A stretch of DNA of 54,249 nt, filler included, from Catajapyx aquilonaris (lineage: Eukaryota), in the NCBI GenBank assembly GCA_000934665.2. It is 2 parts of 2 records of this genome, joined end to end, with 100 filler letters (N's around TTAATTAATTAA, not from the genome) between each part and the next. Parts side by side here need not be neighbours in the genome. Positions count along the whole stretch, not along the records: positions 27,153 to 54,249 come from JYFJ02005122.1; 1 more part is not named here. One strand, 5' to 3'. The position numbers and the translations under genes are program-made. Positions 43,201 through 54,249 of the stretch are shown here, piece after piece. The number at the start of each line of letters is the position of its first letter. Positions within the stretch are counted from its first letter, which is position 1. Under the pieces are notes generated by a model, which saw nothing but the letters and a program-made list of their open reading frames with translations, was not told the DNA's origin and ran no database searches.

Positions 43201-46200
43201 ACATTTCGTCCATATCGAGTCGTTCCGTTCTTTATGAGGGTAGGCTACTGATACATAAGAACTTCGAGTTACATCCCACCACGAAACATAATTTGTTACT
43301 TGTCAGTTGTCACCACTTTACTCCCTTTTTCATTCCCGTGCATGGCAGGACTCTGACAGTCAATCCCTTGTGTCCACCATTACTCAGTTCCGTGCCCGCT
43401 GCCAGGTGTCAGCCACTTCTATGGGTCTTGCCAATAAAGATTTTCAGTTACAGCATATTCGAAAGGCTGGTTCCAGCATCCTATGGCCCTATGTATTAGG
43501 CTATAACAGACCTCGGTTATAGCGGACTGATTTCCGCAGTCCCTTGAAATCTATCTGGAGACTACAGTAAAACAGACACCTGCTTAGCAAGGAAAATGTT
43601 TGTAGAATTATGCAATTCCAAAGGAGGCAGAGGTTTTCTCATAGTCCGGGTGCTAAGGGGTTAAACTTTGCATTTTGTGACAAAAGTATGAAACTCGGTA
43701 CACTTGTTCTTTGGACACTTCTGATCATATCTGGACGTGGAGCCACGATGACCCACCCCGGTGGTGGTCCATTTCGCAGGGTTTCCATAACTATAAGATG
43801 CAGCATCCTTTTAGGACCTTGTATTCGGTGACAAAAACATGAAACTCGCCACAATTGGTCTTTGCACACTTCCAAACATATCTGGACGTGGGGTGACGAT
43901 GACCCACCCCGAGGGAGGGCACTATTGCGGCGTTGCCGTATATAGTCGGGGCAACCTAGGAATACTCCATATGAATAGGGAGCTTGCATTCGGTGACAAA
44001 GCCATAAAACTTGGTACGTAAGTTCTTTGGACACTTCCGAACATATCTGGACGTGCAGCCACGATGACCCACCGAATGCAAGCTCCTTATTTAAATATAA
44101 ACACATGTTGCACATTCTGTTAGATATGGCAACCCTGCGAAAGTGCCCTCCCTCGGGGTGGGTCATCGTGGCTCCACGTCCAGATATGTTCGGAAGTGTC
44201 CAAAGAACTAGCGTACCAAGTTTTATGGCTTTGTCACCAAATGCAAGCTCCCTATCAAAATATAAACGCATGTTGCACAGTCTGTCAGATATGGCAACGC
44301 CTCTATAGTGCCCTCCATCGGGGTGGGTCATTGTGGCTCCACCTCCAGATATGTTCAGAAGTGTCCAAAGAACAATTCTACCAAGTTTCACGTCTTTGTC
44401 ACCAAATGCAAGCTCCCTATCAAAATATAAACGCGTGTTGCACAGTCTGTTAGATTTGGCAACACCATGATAGTGCCCTCCATCGGGGTGGGTCATCGTG
44501 TCCCCAGGTCCAGATATGTTCGGAAGTGTGCAAAGAACTATATTGTACCGAGTTTCACGTCTTTGTCACCGAATGAAAGCTCCCTATTCACATAGTCGAC
44601 TTAGAGAGCCCATTAGATCTGGCAACCCTGCGAGTGACCCCCAGCGGGGTCATCCATAGTGGCCTCACTTCCAGACATGTTCAGTAGTGTCCAAAGACCA
44701 ATTGGGGCGTGTTTCATGTTTTATCAGTGTTTTATCACCGAATGCAAGGCCCTTATTCATGTAAAGGTGTGCAACGCATGTTCGATTTGGCAACTCCGCG
44801 ATAGTGACCCCTGGCGAGGCCACCAGGGGTCACCCACCGTGACCCCACGTCCAGATATGTTGAGATGTGTTCAAAGAACTACCGTACCGAGTTCCACGTT
44901 TTTATCACCGAATGCAAGCTCCCAATTCACATGATCTTCGGAGAGATGTATGTTTGGTCTGTTAGATCTGGTTACCCTGCAAGTGGCCCACAGCGGGGTC
45001 AGTCATCATGGCCCCACATCCAGACATGTTCAGAAGTGTCCAAAGACCAATTGTGGCGAGTTTCATGTTTTTGTCACCGAATACAAGGTCCTAAAAGGAT
45101 GCTGCATCTGGTAGTTATGGAAACCCTGCGAAATGGACCACCACCGGGGTGGGTCATCATGGCTCCACGTCCAGATATGATCAGAAGTGTCCAAAGAACA
45201 AGTGTACCGAGTTTCATACTTTTGTCACAAAATGCAAAGTTTGGGTCAAATTTGTCCCTTAGCACCTGGACTATCATATTTTTATGCAAAGAAGATGGTG
45301 ATGTTCTGTGTTTGCTGAATACTAAATCAGGCATTTTCACACGTTTTAGGTGCCTTTGTTCTGGCAGTGGAAGTGACGGCCCCTAGCAGAAGAGCCTTGG
45401 TTGGGGTACTTTTCTGCATGCCTTTTGCTGCTGGCTACATGATGCTGCCCCTTATGGCCTACTTTGTGCGACACTGGAGGTACTTGAACCTCCTCCTTGC
45501 TGCACCATCCTTATTGCTCTTCATCTACTTTCCCCTCCTGCCTGAGTCACCTCGGTGGCTCCTGCAGAAAGACCGCATAGCTGAAGCTCAGCAGGTGCTT
45601 CAAACTGCAGCCAAATGGAACCAGAGACCACTCCCTGATCAGGAGACCTTTCGACACCTTCTCACTGCAGTGGCCAAGAATGTCAGTTTCTGCAATTTCT
45701 GTTCAAGTTACTCTCCTGCTTCTAACATTGAACATTAAGGGCCGAATTCAGAGAGGTTGGTTAACATAAACTTGCATGGTTAACCCTGTAACGGTGACAT
45801 ACAAAATGTTCGTCTTCCGGTGACATGGGCACTTTTTGTGACCAAGGTACATTTTTTGTTATACCATGGGATATATAGCATATTTGGGCCTCATTCCTGA
45901 GACAATCTTGGTTTGATTTCTTGTGTGATGAGGGGTATTTCATTTACATTTTTTGAGCATATAGTACAATCAGAAAAAAATCAATTGTGCATCGATGTGC
46001 AGTTGAGGCCAAATTGTGCCAGAGTCACCAAGGCTGGACTGGTTTCTTTTTGAGATGCTGCTATCAGTTCAAACCCTCAGGGATTGTTTTCCTAATTTTT
46101 GAAGTCTCAGGAAGGCTGGCTTCATTTTACAATAACTTGAGACTTCCGAGTGTTCATGAATCACGACTGATAAGCTCAGGTCCCCCTCCGGTAAGCCCGC

Positions 46201-49200
46201 TGTGAGTCATTCTTGGAATGCAGTCTTGGCCCTCATGACCACAACTATAGACACCCTGAAAACGCGGAGGTCTCTCTGCCTTGCAACCGGAGTTGACAGT
46301 TTTTGTGTTCTCATATGGCTGTTTGCAATGGAAGACATGCAGGAAACGAAGCTCGGAAACAAATCCAAATCGCATTGTTCTGTGGTCGGGTGCCACCATT
46401 CCTATCGCCGAGGCATGCCTAGAACTATGCTGTACACTTTTCCTGGAAGTCCCTGGGGAAAGGAGCAGTGTGACAAGTGAATTCAGGCAGTGAAAAGAGT
46501 CATGTTTGCTTCATGGGTCATATTGATGAGCACTCACAAAATAATAATTCCAGGGTTGGGGTGCCCCAGGCCATATCCTCTAAAAACGTGGGTCAATAGG
46601 AAGGGCAGGATCCTCTTCACCCCCCAAAAAATCCAGGGGATGGTCTGTCCCGGGTTCAGCTCGCCAGATATGGAGGAGCAGAGACCAACCCAAATGCACT
46701 GAGATAGTGCAATGCAGACTTGCTCCTCCATATCTGTGGGCTGAACCCTGGATTTTTTGGGGCGTGAAGAGAATCCTGCCCAACCTACTGGCCCACGTTT
46801 TTGGAGGTTTCGGCCTGGGGCAGCCTGACCCTGGACTGACTGCAATATTACATAACTCTATGAAAGACACATGTCGACATAGCAATAAAAGTGTACTGTA
46901 CTAACTCGCTGCCCAGAACAGCACCGTACTGACCCCCCACATAAGGTGCATCAAGTAGGGAATTACACTATTGTAAATATTTTTTTTGAGGCAATGTGCT
47001 GCATTATTATCTTATGAAAGTAAAAACGATGCTGCAAGTATGTCAGCATATCCTGAAAATGGTGAAGAAATGCGCGCAATTCAGACTGAGCTGTATAATG
47101 AATCTGGCATGAATGAGAGGATTCCATTTCTCTGTTGTTCTCATATGTTAGGACAACAGGGCATACGCATTGCATGTGATCCCAAGACATATGCTGTCAT
47201 ACCTCCCCAAAAGGCTGTTTAATACAGAAGTACAGAACCTATGTGTAATTACTCCTCTCGTTGCTCAAGATTGTGCAAAAAAATTGTTTCCATGGCGTTG
47301 AGGACGTTGCAGAGCTTGGCAAGGTACTGCAATTTGATGGATTTATTTCACCCCTTGCACATGCCCACTCTTCCAAAGATTCTTTTGTTTTGTTTTGTTT
47401 TGTTTACCCCATTAGAGGGAATGAAACCCTTTTAGGGGGGTGAATTACCAGCATCAGGATTGATTTTCTGTTTTTCTTCAGTCATCGTGCAAGGACATTT
47501 AGGATGTAGGGTAAGGATGGGGGGAGTTGGGAGGGGACACAGGTGCAAGTGCAATGTCTGAAAAGGGTCATGTGCAGTCCCCCAGGAGGCCGGTTGCCAA
47601 GGCGCCTCCTTAGGCGCGGGCCAAAGACCCATTGACACAGGCGAAACGTAACTCCCAGTCGGGGATTAGAACCCGGGACCTTTCACACAGCGATCTGAGA
47701 CGTTACCATCTCAGCCACCACACCTTCCCCAGATATTTTTATTTCATAAGAGACGTTTTCCGAAGGTCAGGAGGCACAGTAACATTTAAGAAAACGTACT
47801 CCTGGGCCAAGATTTCGCTCTTTTTCTGCAGCTCGCATTACGCGTAAGTATATGACCAGCAACCGGCCTTGGAGGGCTGAAGCACACAAAAACTTTTGAA
47901 TTTGGCCGCCAATGCTGCCACCTCCGATTTACTGGGTGTCTATACACATCGGTGGATATTTTATTTTTTCCTGGTCATGCTATTTGCTAAAAAATTTAAA
48001 CTAAGTGCCATTAATTACAGAAAGAATCAAATTAAGATGTCCTCAGAGGTGAAGCTCATGTGCTATATTTCCAATGTTATAGCAAAAATAGTAGCATTGG
48101 TCACATAAAGTGCCCACGTCACCATCGGAGGGTTAAAGCCTTTAGTTGCCCTCGACTAGCAAATTTAACCAACCTCCGATACAAGGATGGCGATTAGTGC
48201 TAAACGGCCCCTAATTGTGCTTGGGTAGCACTCGAGATTTTAACCAAGGGGAAGGGAGTTGTTTAAGGGCTGTTTAGAAGGAAAGCTGGCTGACCTGTCC
48301 GCCAATTTCCGCCATACGACTGGTATCACTGAGATTATAGACCTCATATGCCTAGGGCAAGATATTGCGGAACAAACACAGGTTCCCGTAGGAAATGGCA
48401 CACACTGTCACTACTACACACTGGTGGAATAACTGCACTATCACAGGCGACACAGGTCGAACCATCGGGCGGGAACCCCCTGGATACCCTGCGGTTTTAT
48501 TATAGAGGCCTGGCCCTCCGGACATTGGGGGGAAACTGCCAGGATTTTCTCAGCTGACCATGCTAACCATGCTCCAAATGTTCTTTCCTCCACAGCACTA
48601 TGATAGATCAGGCAGTCTGGCGGGTGGTGGGGGTTGGATGGCAAAAGTTATGGGTTCATCTTTTTGCTACCCAGCCTCGGTTAAAGATCTTTGTGTGGGA
48701 GATTGGTAAAACACTTTAACCACGTGGTTAGTTACACATCGTCTAACCATGCGGTTAGGACTATCTCTCTGAATTCAGCACTAACTGTACAGGGATTAGT
48801 GATTTAAAAGGTGGTGGTGAGCTGAAGTTGACTTTTTTGATTGCCCTTAAAGATTTCAAAAGCCTACATATTTGCCAACTGAGTGTCTCAGAATTCTACT
48901 GACAAGAAGCTCTATACTGTATCTTGAGTTGTGTACCACTGACAGAATTTTTTGACATTTTACGAGGATGTTGATATGTAGGCCTATATTTGTAAAAAGG
49001 GGAAATGTAGCAAAGATCTGTATTATCTGATCGTACCTGTTGTGACCTGATAAATGCCTTCCAGGAGCGGTCCAAGTTGGGAATCAGTGACAAAAGAGAA
49101 GAAGCGCCCAAAGGCCCTGTGCCACTGCTAAACCGCATCAAGTCCCTGGCCCTCCTTAGACTTGTGGCGACTCCTGTGATACGGAGGCGCTTCCTGGTCG

Positions 49201-51161
49201 TGGCCTGGTGTTGGTGCACTTGCGGCCTGGTTTATTACGGGCTGGCCCTCAGTGCCCCGAACCTGCTGGCAGATCCTTTCGTCTTTGTACTTGTCTCAGG
49301 GGCCTTGGAGATACCAGCATATGTCCTCTCCCCACCGCTGGTGGCTCATTTTGGACGCCGACCTGTGTTTTCTGGGCTGATGGCATTGACTGGTGTTGCT
49401 CTCATGTTCCTGGTGCTGCTAACTCTGCCACCTGAGGCTGTGCAAGCACTGGCTCTGCTGGGAAAACTGGGTGTGGGAGCAGCTTATGCTCTTGTCTACC
49501 TCTATGCTGCTGAGGTAAATATTAGTACAGTGAAATCCCGATAACTTGAACCACCATGGGACCATTGAGAAAAAATTTGACTTATCAAATATGGTGGGGA
49601 AAACAGCACCCGCACAAATTAAATACCTACAGTATGCATCTCGCTACTGGGACACGATTGCAAGTGACCGCTAGATGACTGTAGACTAGGGCCTCTGCTC
49701 AGAAGCAAAAGGTGGCAAAAGGCATGTCACCACTGCAAAGGCATGCATGAGTCACTACCTACAGGAAAGGGAGCTTAAAACACGTGGCTTTCAGAGTGCT
49801 TTGTGCATTCCTTCGCGGATTATCGAGAAGAACCAGCTGGGGTGGAAATCTCCAAGAATGAATCATGCCACATGTTTGCCCAACTTGGAAATTCCCTGTT
49901 GTTGACAAAATTCGACTTATTAGTAGTGAAAGTGCTGCGGAGTTCACAAAATATATTTGACTTATCGAGACAATCGAGTCATACAAAAGTTATCAGAATT
50001 CAATTTGCATTACATAATTATGTGGAGAATCCGCCAAGTCCTAGATTTTCTTTGACTAATCGAGAATTTCGAGTTATCGGTATTCGAGTTATCGGAATTT
50101 ACCTGCATCAGCTTGTTACAAAGTGCTTCTCTGATATAAGCAGTGCTGTCGCAGCGGGGGTACGCAGGTATATGGCGTATACCCAGTCGAGAAAATACGA
50201 AATGTGAGGCTATACGAGGGTATACACTGCATATACCTTACACCTGGCAAGGCTCTCAATAAGGCTCATTTCATTTTAATATCCGAGTTGCGTGCTAATT
50301 TACGGAGTCTGCTGCGGAGCTGCGGCAGTCACCTCTCACTCGAAAGATTGGGTCGTGTCTTTTTCGCCCAGCTGTGACACTTGACAGATTTCATCAAATG
50401 CACACCCATTCAAATCTCCCACATTCACCTAAGCTCGTGTGACCTTGAACCCCCCCCCCNCCCGAAAAAAAAATCCTGGGTGCGTCTCTGTACCAGTGTA
50501 TACCCAGCTGAAATTTTCCCAAGACAGCACTGGATATAAGGTACCCAATGGTTTTCATTAAAATACACCTTGATATATGCTGACACACAGGATGATGCTG
50601 TTGGCTGACTCAAATGGAATGAAATGGTTTAGTACATTCTGGTGTTCAATTTGCCTTTCACTACATTTTTTCTTGTCCACTTGAGATTTTACCAGCAGAT
50701 CCTGACGAGATTGCTTTTACTCAACCCTATTCCAACAGGGTAGTACTTATCTTTGGAACTGTCCTTTTGTGCATGATGGTTATGCTGTAAAACTGAACAG
50801 TAATTGACAGAGCCATTAAATATGCAGTATATTGTTTCAGGTATTGCCAACTGAACTGCGTAACCTTGGTCTTGGAGCTGCCTCGATGGTAGGCCGCCTT
50901 GGCTCAGTTTTAGCCCCATATGTGGTGGACGTACTGGGAGCCTACTCCAGTGTTGCTCCCTCTGCAGTCTTCTCATGTTGTGCCATCCTTGCTTGCCTGC
51001 TTGCACTTCTCTTGCCAGAAACTCTTGGTCAAAAACTTCCAGACACTGTGTCGGAAGTGGAGGAAGCAGTGACTAACACATGTAGCAACATATCAAGAAA
51101 ACTTGGCCATAAAAAATTTGCACCCTCTAGTGACGAAGATGAAGAAAATAATAGGTTGTGA
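40210..51161 (+). CDS. SLC22 organic cation transporter-like (Orct-like) MFS protein. Exons ~40210-40460, 40584-40809, 40873-41116, 45350-45681, 49065-49514, 50841-51161; start exon uncertain
   Basis: Motifs FEDVLELVGGKG, STIVTEWSLVC, SDKWGRRK, LPESPRWLL, GALEIPAY, FGRRP, YAAEVLPTELRNLGLG, LPETLGQKLPDT; junction phases are consistent. Confidence 0.9.
41147..41583 (-). mobile_element. SINE (head related to 39483-39779) in an Orct intron
   Basis: B box GGTTCGAGCCC on the minus strand; 16-bp TSD AAATCAATACCCATGT at 41131 and 41584. Confidence 0.75.
42050..42660. repeat. Three diverged ~220-230-bp tandem units
   Basis: tttgggaattaatt...agggtgacagtg...gatttcgattgt...gac recurs near 42065, 42293 and 42511. 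Confidence 0.65.
42715..43280. mobile_element. Diverged palindromic MITE
   Basis: tatggacgaaatgtt mirrors aacatttcgtccata; tatagtgcggaaaac mirrors gttttccgcactata. Confidence 0.55.
43641..45274. mobile_element. Foldback element built from ~180-bp subrepeats in inverted arrangement
   Basis: Termini ATAGTCCGGGTGCTAAGGG / CCCTTAGCACCTGGACTAT; 43665-43860 mirrors 45050-45240; internal repeated CCAGATATGTTC.GAAGTGTCCAAAGA units. Confidence 0.8.
45738..48782. mobile_element. Possible degenerate PIF/Harbinger-type element
   Basis: Inverted ends GCCGAATTCAGAGAG / CTCTCTGAATTCAGC with GCATGGTTA / TAACCATGC, flanked by TAA; no intact transposase ORF. Confidence 0.4.
47385..47730 (-). mobile_element. 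SINE sharing its 3' tail with 41147-41583 but with a different tRNA head
   Basis: TTTACCCCATTAGAGGGAA...CCCTTTTAGGGG at 47403 and 41152; B box GGTTCTAATCCC on the minus strand. Confidence 0.6.
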
Positions 51162-53686
51162 TTGCTGTCGGATACATGGTAGTGAGAAAACCAGTGATAT
51201 TAGTGTATCATGTTATAGTGAATGTATAAGACCATGATACAGTGAAACCTGTGTATAGCGGAATCACACGAGACCCCAAAATTTTCCGTTATGGACAGGT
51301 TTCTGCTATATTAAGATCAAGGATGGTACTGATTTTTTCCCCCGCGAGAACGAGAGGAAAATGGGGAGAGCAAAAATAAGCACCATACCTCAATATGGTA
51401 CAAAATCATAATTTTGCCTGCTCCATTGGACCATCAGCCCGGGCTCAGGGAATATGTTTAACTCCTGTCAACCCCTTCCCCCGAAATTTTAAAGCTGGAC
51501 TGAACTGTGAACTAAAAGAAAGGCACCTACTAATCACATCTTCTTGGCCTGTCCCACAAGCAGTTTTTCTAGTCTCCCAACCAAAAATAATCCCTTTTCC
51601 TCACCCTTTATATTCAAGGCCACAGAGCAAGTAGCAAAGAGTTACTCAGAGGCCTCCTGGGAGGGCTGATAGGGAACTCAGCTGTAGTTTCTATTTTTGT
51701 GACCCTTAGGAGATAATGCGAGCCTTTTGATCCTATTGATTTCCTTTATGAACAGGGATTTTCTTTGAAGGGAGACAAAAATCCCTTCTGTTTCCGCGTT
51801 GGACAGGTTCCGTTATATCAGTTAAAAAATACATTAAATGCCCTATGCATATGCCATCGTTCTCGGAAAAAATTCCATGATGGATAGGTTTCTGGTATAC
51901 CCAGGGTCTGTAATGGGCAGGTTTCACTGTAATATGTCTTTGAATGTAATGCATTTTAATGAACAACAGCGAATCTAGTTTTGGAACATTCAACATTTGA
52001 AATTTAGGTTGGTGATTGATGGTATTGCTCATGCAGCATTGTATTGGCTACTTAAACAGCAATAATTATGCGAGACCACTATATAACAACTTCCTGTGAG
52101 GGACGGAGAGTGTCTTATGTTAGGAACTCGGCTGGAAGATTAATCCACCAGGATACTTGTAGGTTGTCAGGTGCGCTCTTCCTGCATAACTTGATACTAT
52201 AGGTTGTGAGAAACATAATATTGATGAAGTCCAAAATGAGAGACCTGAGCACCACTTATTTGCAATTTTAGTACAGTTATAATTTATTACTGCTCTTTAG
52301 CAATTAGTCTTTTATGCACAGCATAATGGTGTAAATTATTATTTTGAGACACTGCATAATACAAAAGGCACTCATCTATACTATTAAAATCGTAGTCAAG
52401 GTCATGGTGTTTGTGCAAGACATAGTCTGGTGTTATTTTAGCATTCAAAATGTGACCACAATATGCAATGAAAAACAGAACAATGATAGGCTGTATTTAT
52501 TGCAATTTCCTGATTTCAAGTGCAAAATTAGCCCCCATTTCTTCTTACAGGTGAAAATGACTTATTTCCTGTGTTAGTCCCACAATAATTATTTTTTCGG
52601 CTTCACACAGTTCTGCATATCTAACCACACATCCCCCTCAAAAAACCGGCCAATCATGACCTCACTTTAAAACTGAAATCATTTTACTTTTATAAACGTC
52701 CATGGAGGTGGCTAGTGACCATAGCAGAGACCGACTGTAGGTTCAGGTTGTTCCACATTCCCTCCTCTTGCTCCCCCCATCCCTCTGCGCCTGTCCCCTC
52801 CGCTCCGCTGTCTCCTATTCACCTGTGATGTTTTCATTATTTACCAAATGGCACGGGGTCGGGGGGGGNGGGGGGAGAGAGAGAGAGAGAGAGAGAGAGA
52901 GGCAAACAATGTTAGCCTGGCCCAACAGCAAGCAAGTCCTCCCAACCACCACAGTCACTGCCTCCTATGTCCTATCATTGCGCAGTCACAGAACGGGGAC
53001 CAATAAGAATCCTCGCACAAACACCATGAACTTGGCTACGGTTTTAATAGTAGTGATAGGTCGTGCATCACAGTCGTGAGGGTTTAACGGGCACCACGTG
53101 GTGCCTTCATTTATGTACTGTATTTCATGGCAGAAATAAATAACTTCTGTAATGCTTGATTTTTATTAATGCAGCCAGTTAATGAAAATGCTGCAGCACA
53201 ATCCCATTAAATGAATGTATGCATGATTAATATGATACATAATACCTTACTCTTGATAATACTGAATAAGTCTGTACTCATTTTTCCGCACAACTTGATT
53301 AATGTTTTTGTCCCAAAATAATATTTTACGTACTTAACCCTTTGACGACGGAGTTTTTGAGCCGTTACCTTACCCAAGGACCTGAGTTCTTTTTCCCCTT
53401 TTCAGGATTTGATGAAAAGTGATATTAATGAATAATAATCCGCGGACTACCCGGATTACCCCTGGACTGCCCTGATTACCTATAGTTACATGATCAAAAT
53501 GACCCTGTGGCCCATTTGGGGGGGGGGGGGGGNGCATTGGCATTGGTAGCCCACTCCCGCATATAGTTACCGGTACCTGCTCAAAATGACCCTGTGATCC
53601 ATTTTTGAGGGGGGGGGGGGGGCAGAGGTCAAATTCTGACCTCACCTACTTCTAGAAATTCGGTGCATTGACATAATTATGCCCCC

Positions 53687-54249
53687 CTCGATGAAGCCCC
53701 GATGGCGCACAGGTTTCTGCTGGAGATTCTCGACAGGTCACTAAGGGATCTCATGCAGTCGAGAGAACCTTTCGGCGGCAAAATTGTCATTTTCGCCGGT
53801 GACTTCAGGCCAGGGATGGAAAAAGAAGCGCTTCCTTCCAAGAAGCGCTTCTTTTTTCCATGTGCAGGGATGGAAAAAGAACCGCTTCCTCCCAAAGAAG
53901 CGGTTCTTTTTCCATCCCTGCTTCAGGCAGATCCCGTCTGTTGTTCCTGACGCGAGGACCCCTTCCGATGTCATTGCGGTGTCCTTCAGGGCTTCCTTCT
54001 TGTGGCCAACAATGAAGGTCTTCCGGTTGACGTCAGCACAACGAACTAGAGGAGATGCGGCCTACTCGTCGTTCCTGCTTCGGGTCGGGGAGGGCAAGGT
54101 GTCTGAACGTCTCTTTGGCGAGGGACGGGACACGCAATCGTTGATTCCCCTAGAAGGTCTCAAGACTTGCACTTCAGTTGGCGATCTCATCGGTTTCGTG
54201 TTTCCACCTCACGTGCTGATGGATCCCAACGAAGTTGCAAAGAGGGTTG
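53687..54249 (+). mobile_element. Helitron Rep/Hel PIF1-like helicase remnant (pseudogene)
   Basis: DEAPMAHRFLLEILDRSLRDLMQSREPFGGKIVIFAGDFR, then after removing the insertion QIPSVVP...SFLWPTMKVFRLTSAQR...FLLRVGEG, matching PIF1/Helitron helicase motifs II-IV. Confidence 0.85.
53811..53920. mobile_element. 110-bp hAT-type MITE inserted in the Helitron helicase
   Basis: TIR CAGGGATGGAAAAAGAA / TTCTTTTTCCATCCCTG; 8-bp TSD CTTCAGGC at 53803-53810 and 53921-53928. Confidence 0.9.

Noticed and set aside
43639..45386. 285-aa, 173-aa and other ORFs with repeated peptides
   Set aside because: They arise from the foldback subrepeats and have no recognisable domain.

Overview
Eukaryotic (invertebrate, probably arthropod) genomic DNA with spliceosomal introns. 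An artificial contig-join spacer (N-TTAATTAATTAA-N, 27053-27152) splits it into two blocks that may not be adjacent in the genome. The left block (all genes on the minus strand) holds: a complete ZnT5/SLC30A5 zinc transporter with 8 coding exons, whose 2.7-kb first coding intron contains a same-strand C2H2 zinc-finger gene behind an AG|GTAAGA ratchet-like site; two further lesioned C2H2 genes; and an intronless, frameshifted gene of about 18 highly similar 42-aa TPR repeats. The right block (plus strand) holds a partial FATP/SLC27 fatty-acid transport/acyl-CoA synthetase gene, an SLC22/Orct-like transporter with an in-frame GC-AG intron, and a Helitron helicase remnant broken by a hAT-type MITE. 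The most notable structure is three tandem, homologous 202-nt exons in the FATP gene that fit a mutually exclusive exon cluster covering the acyl-substrate region. Intergenic and intronic DNA is rich in palindromic MITE/foldback elements and tRNA-derived SINEs. All exon boundaries were read by eye and have no transcript support.
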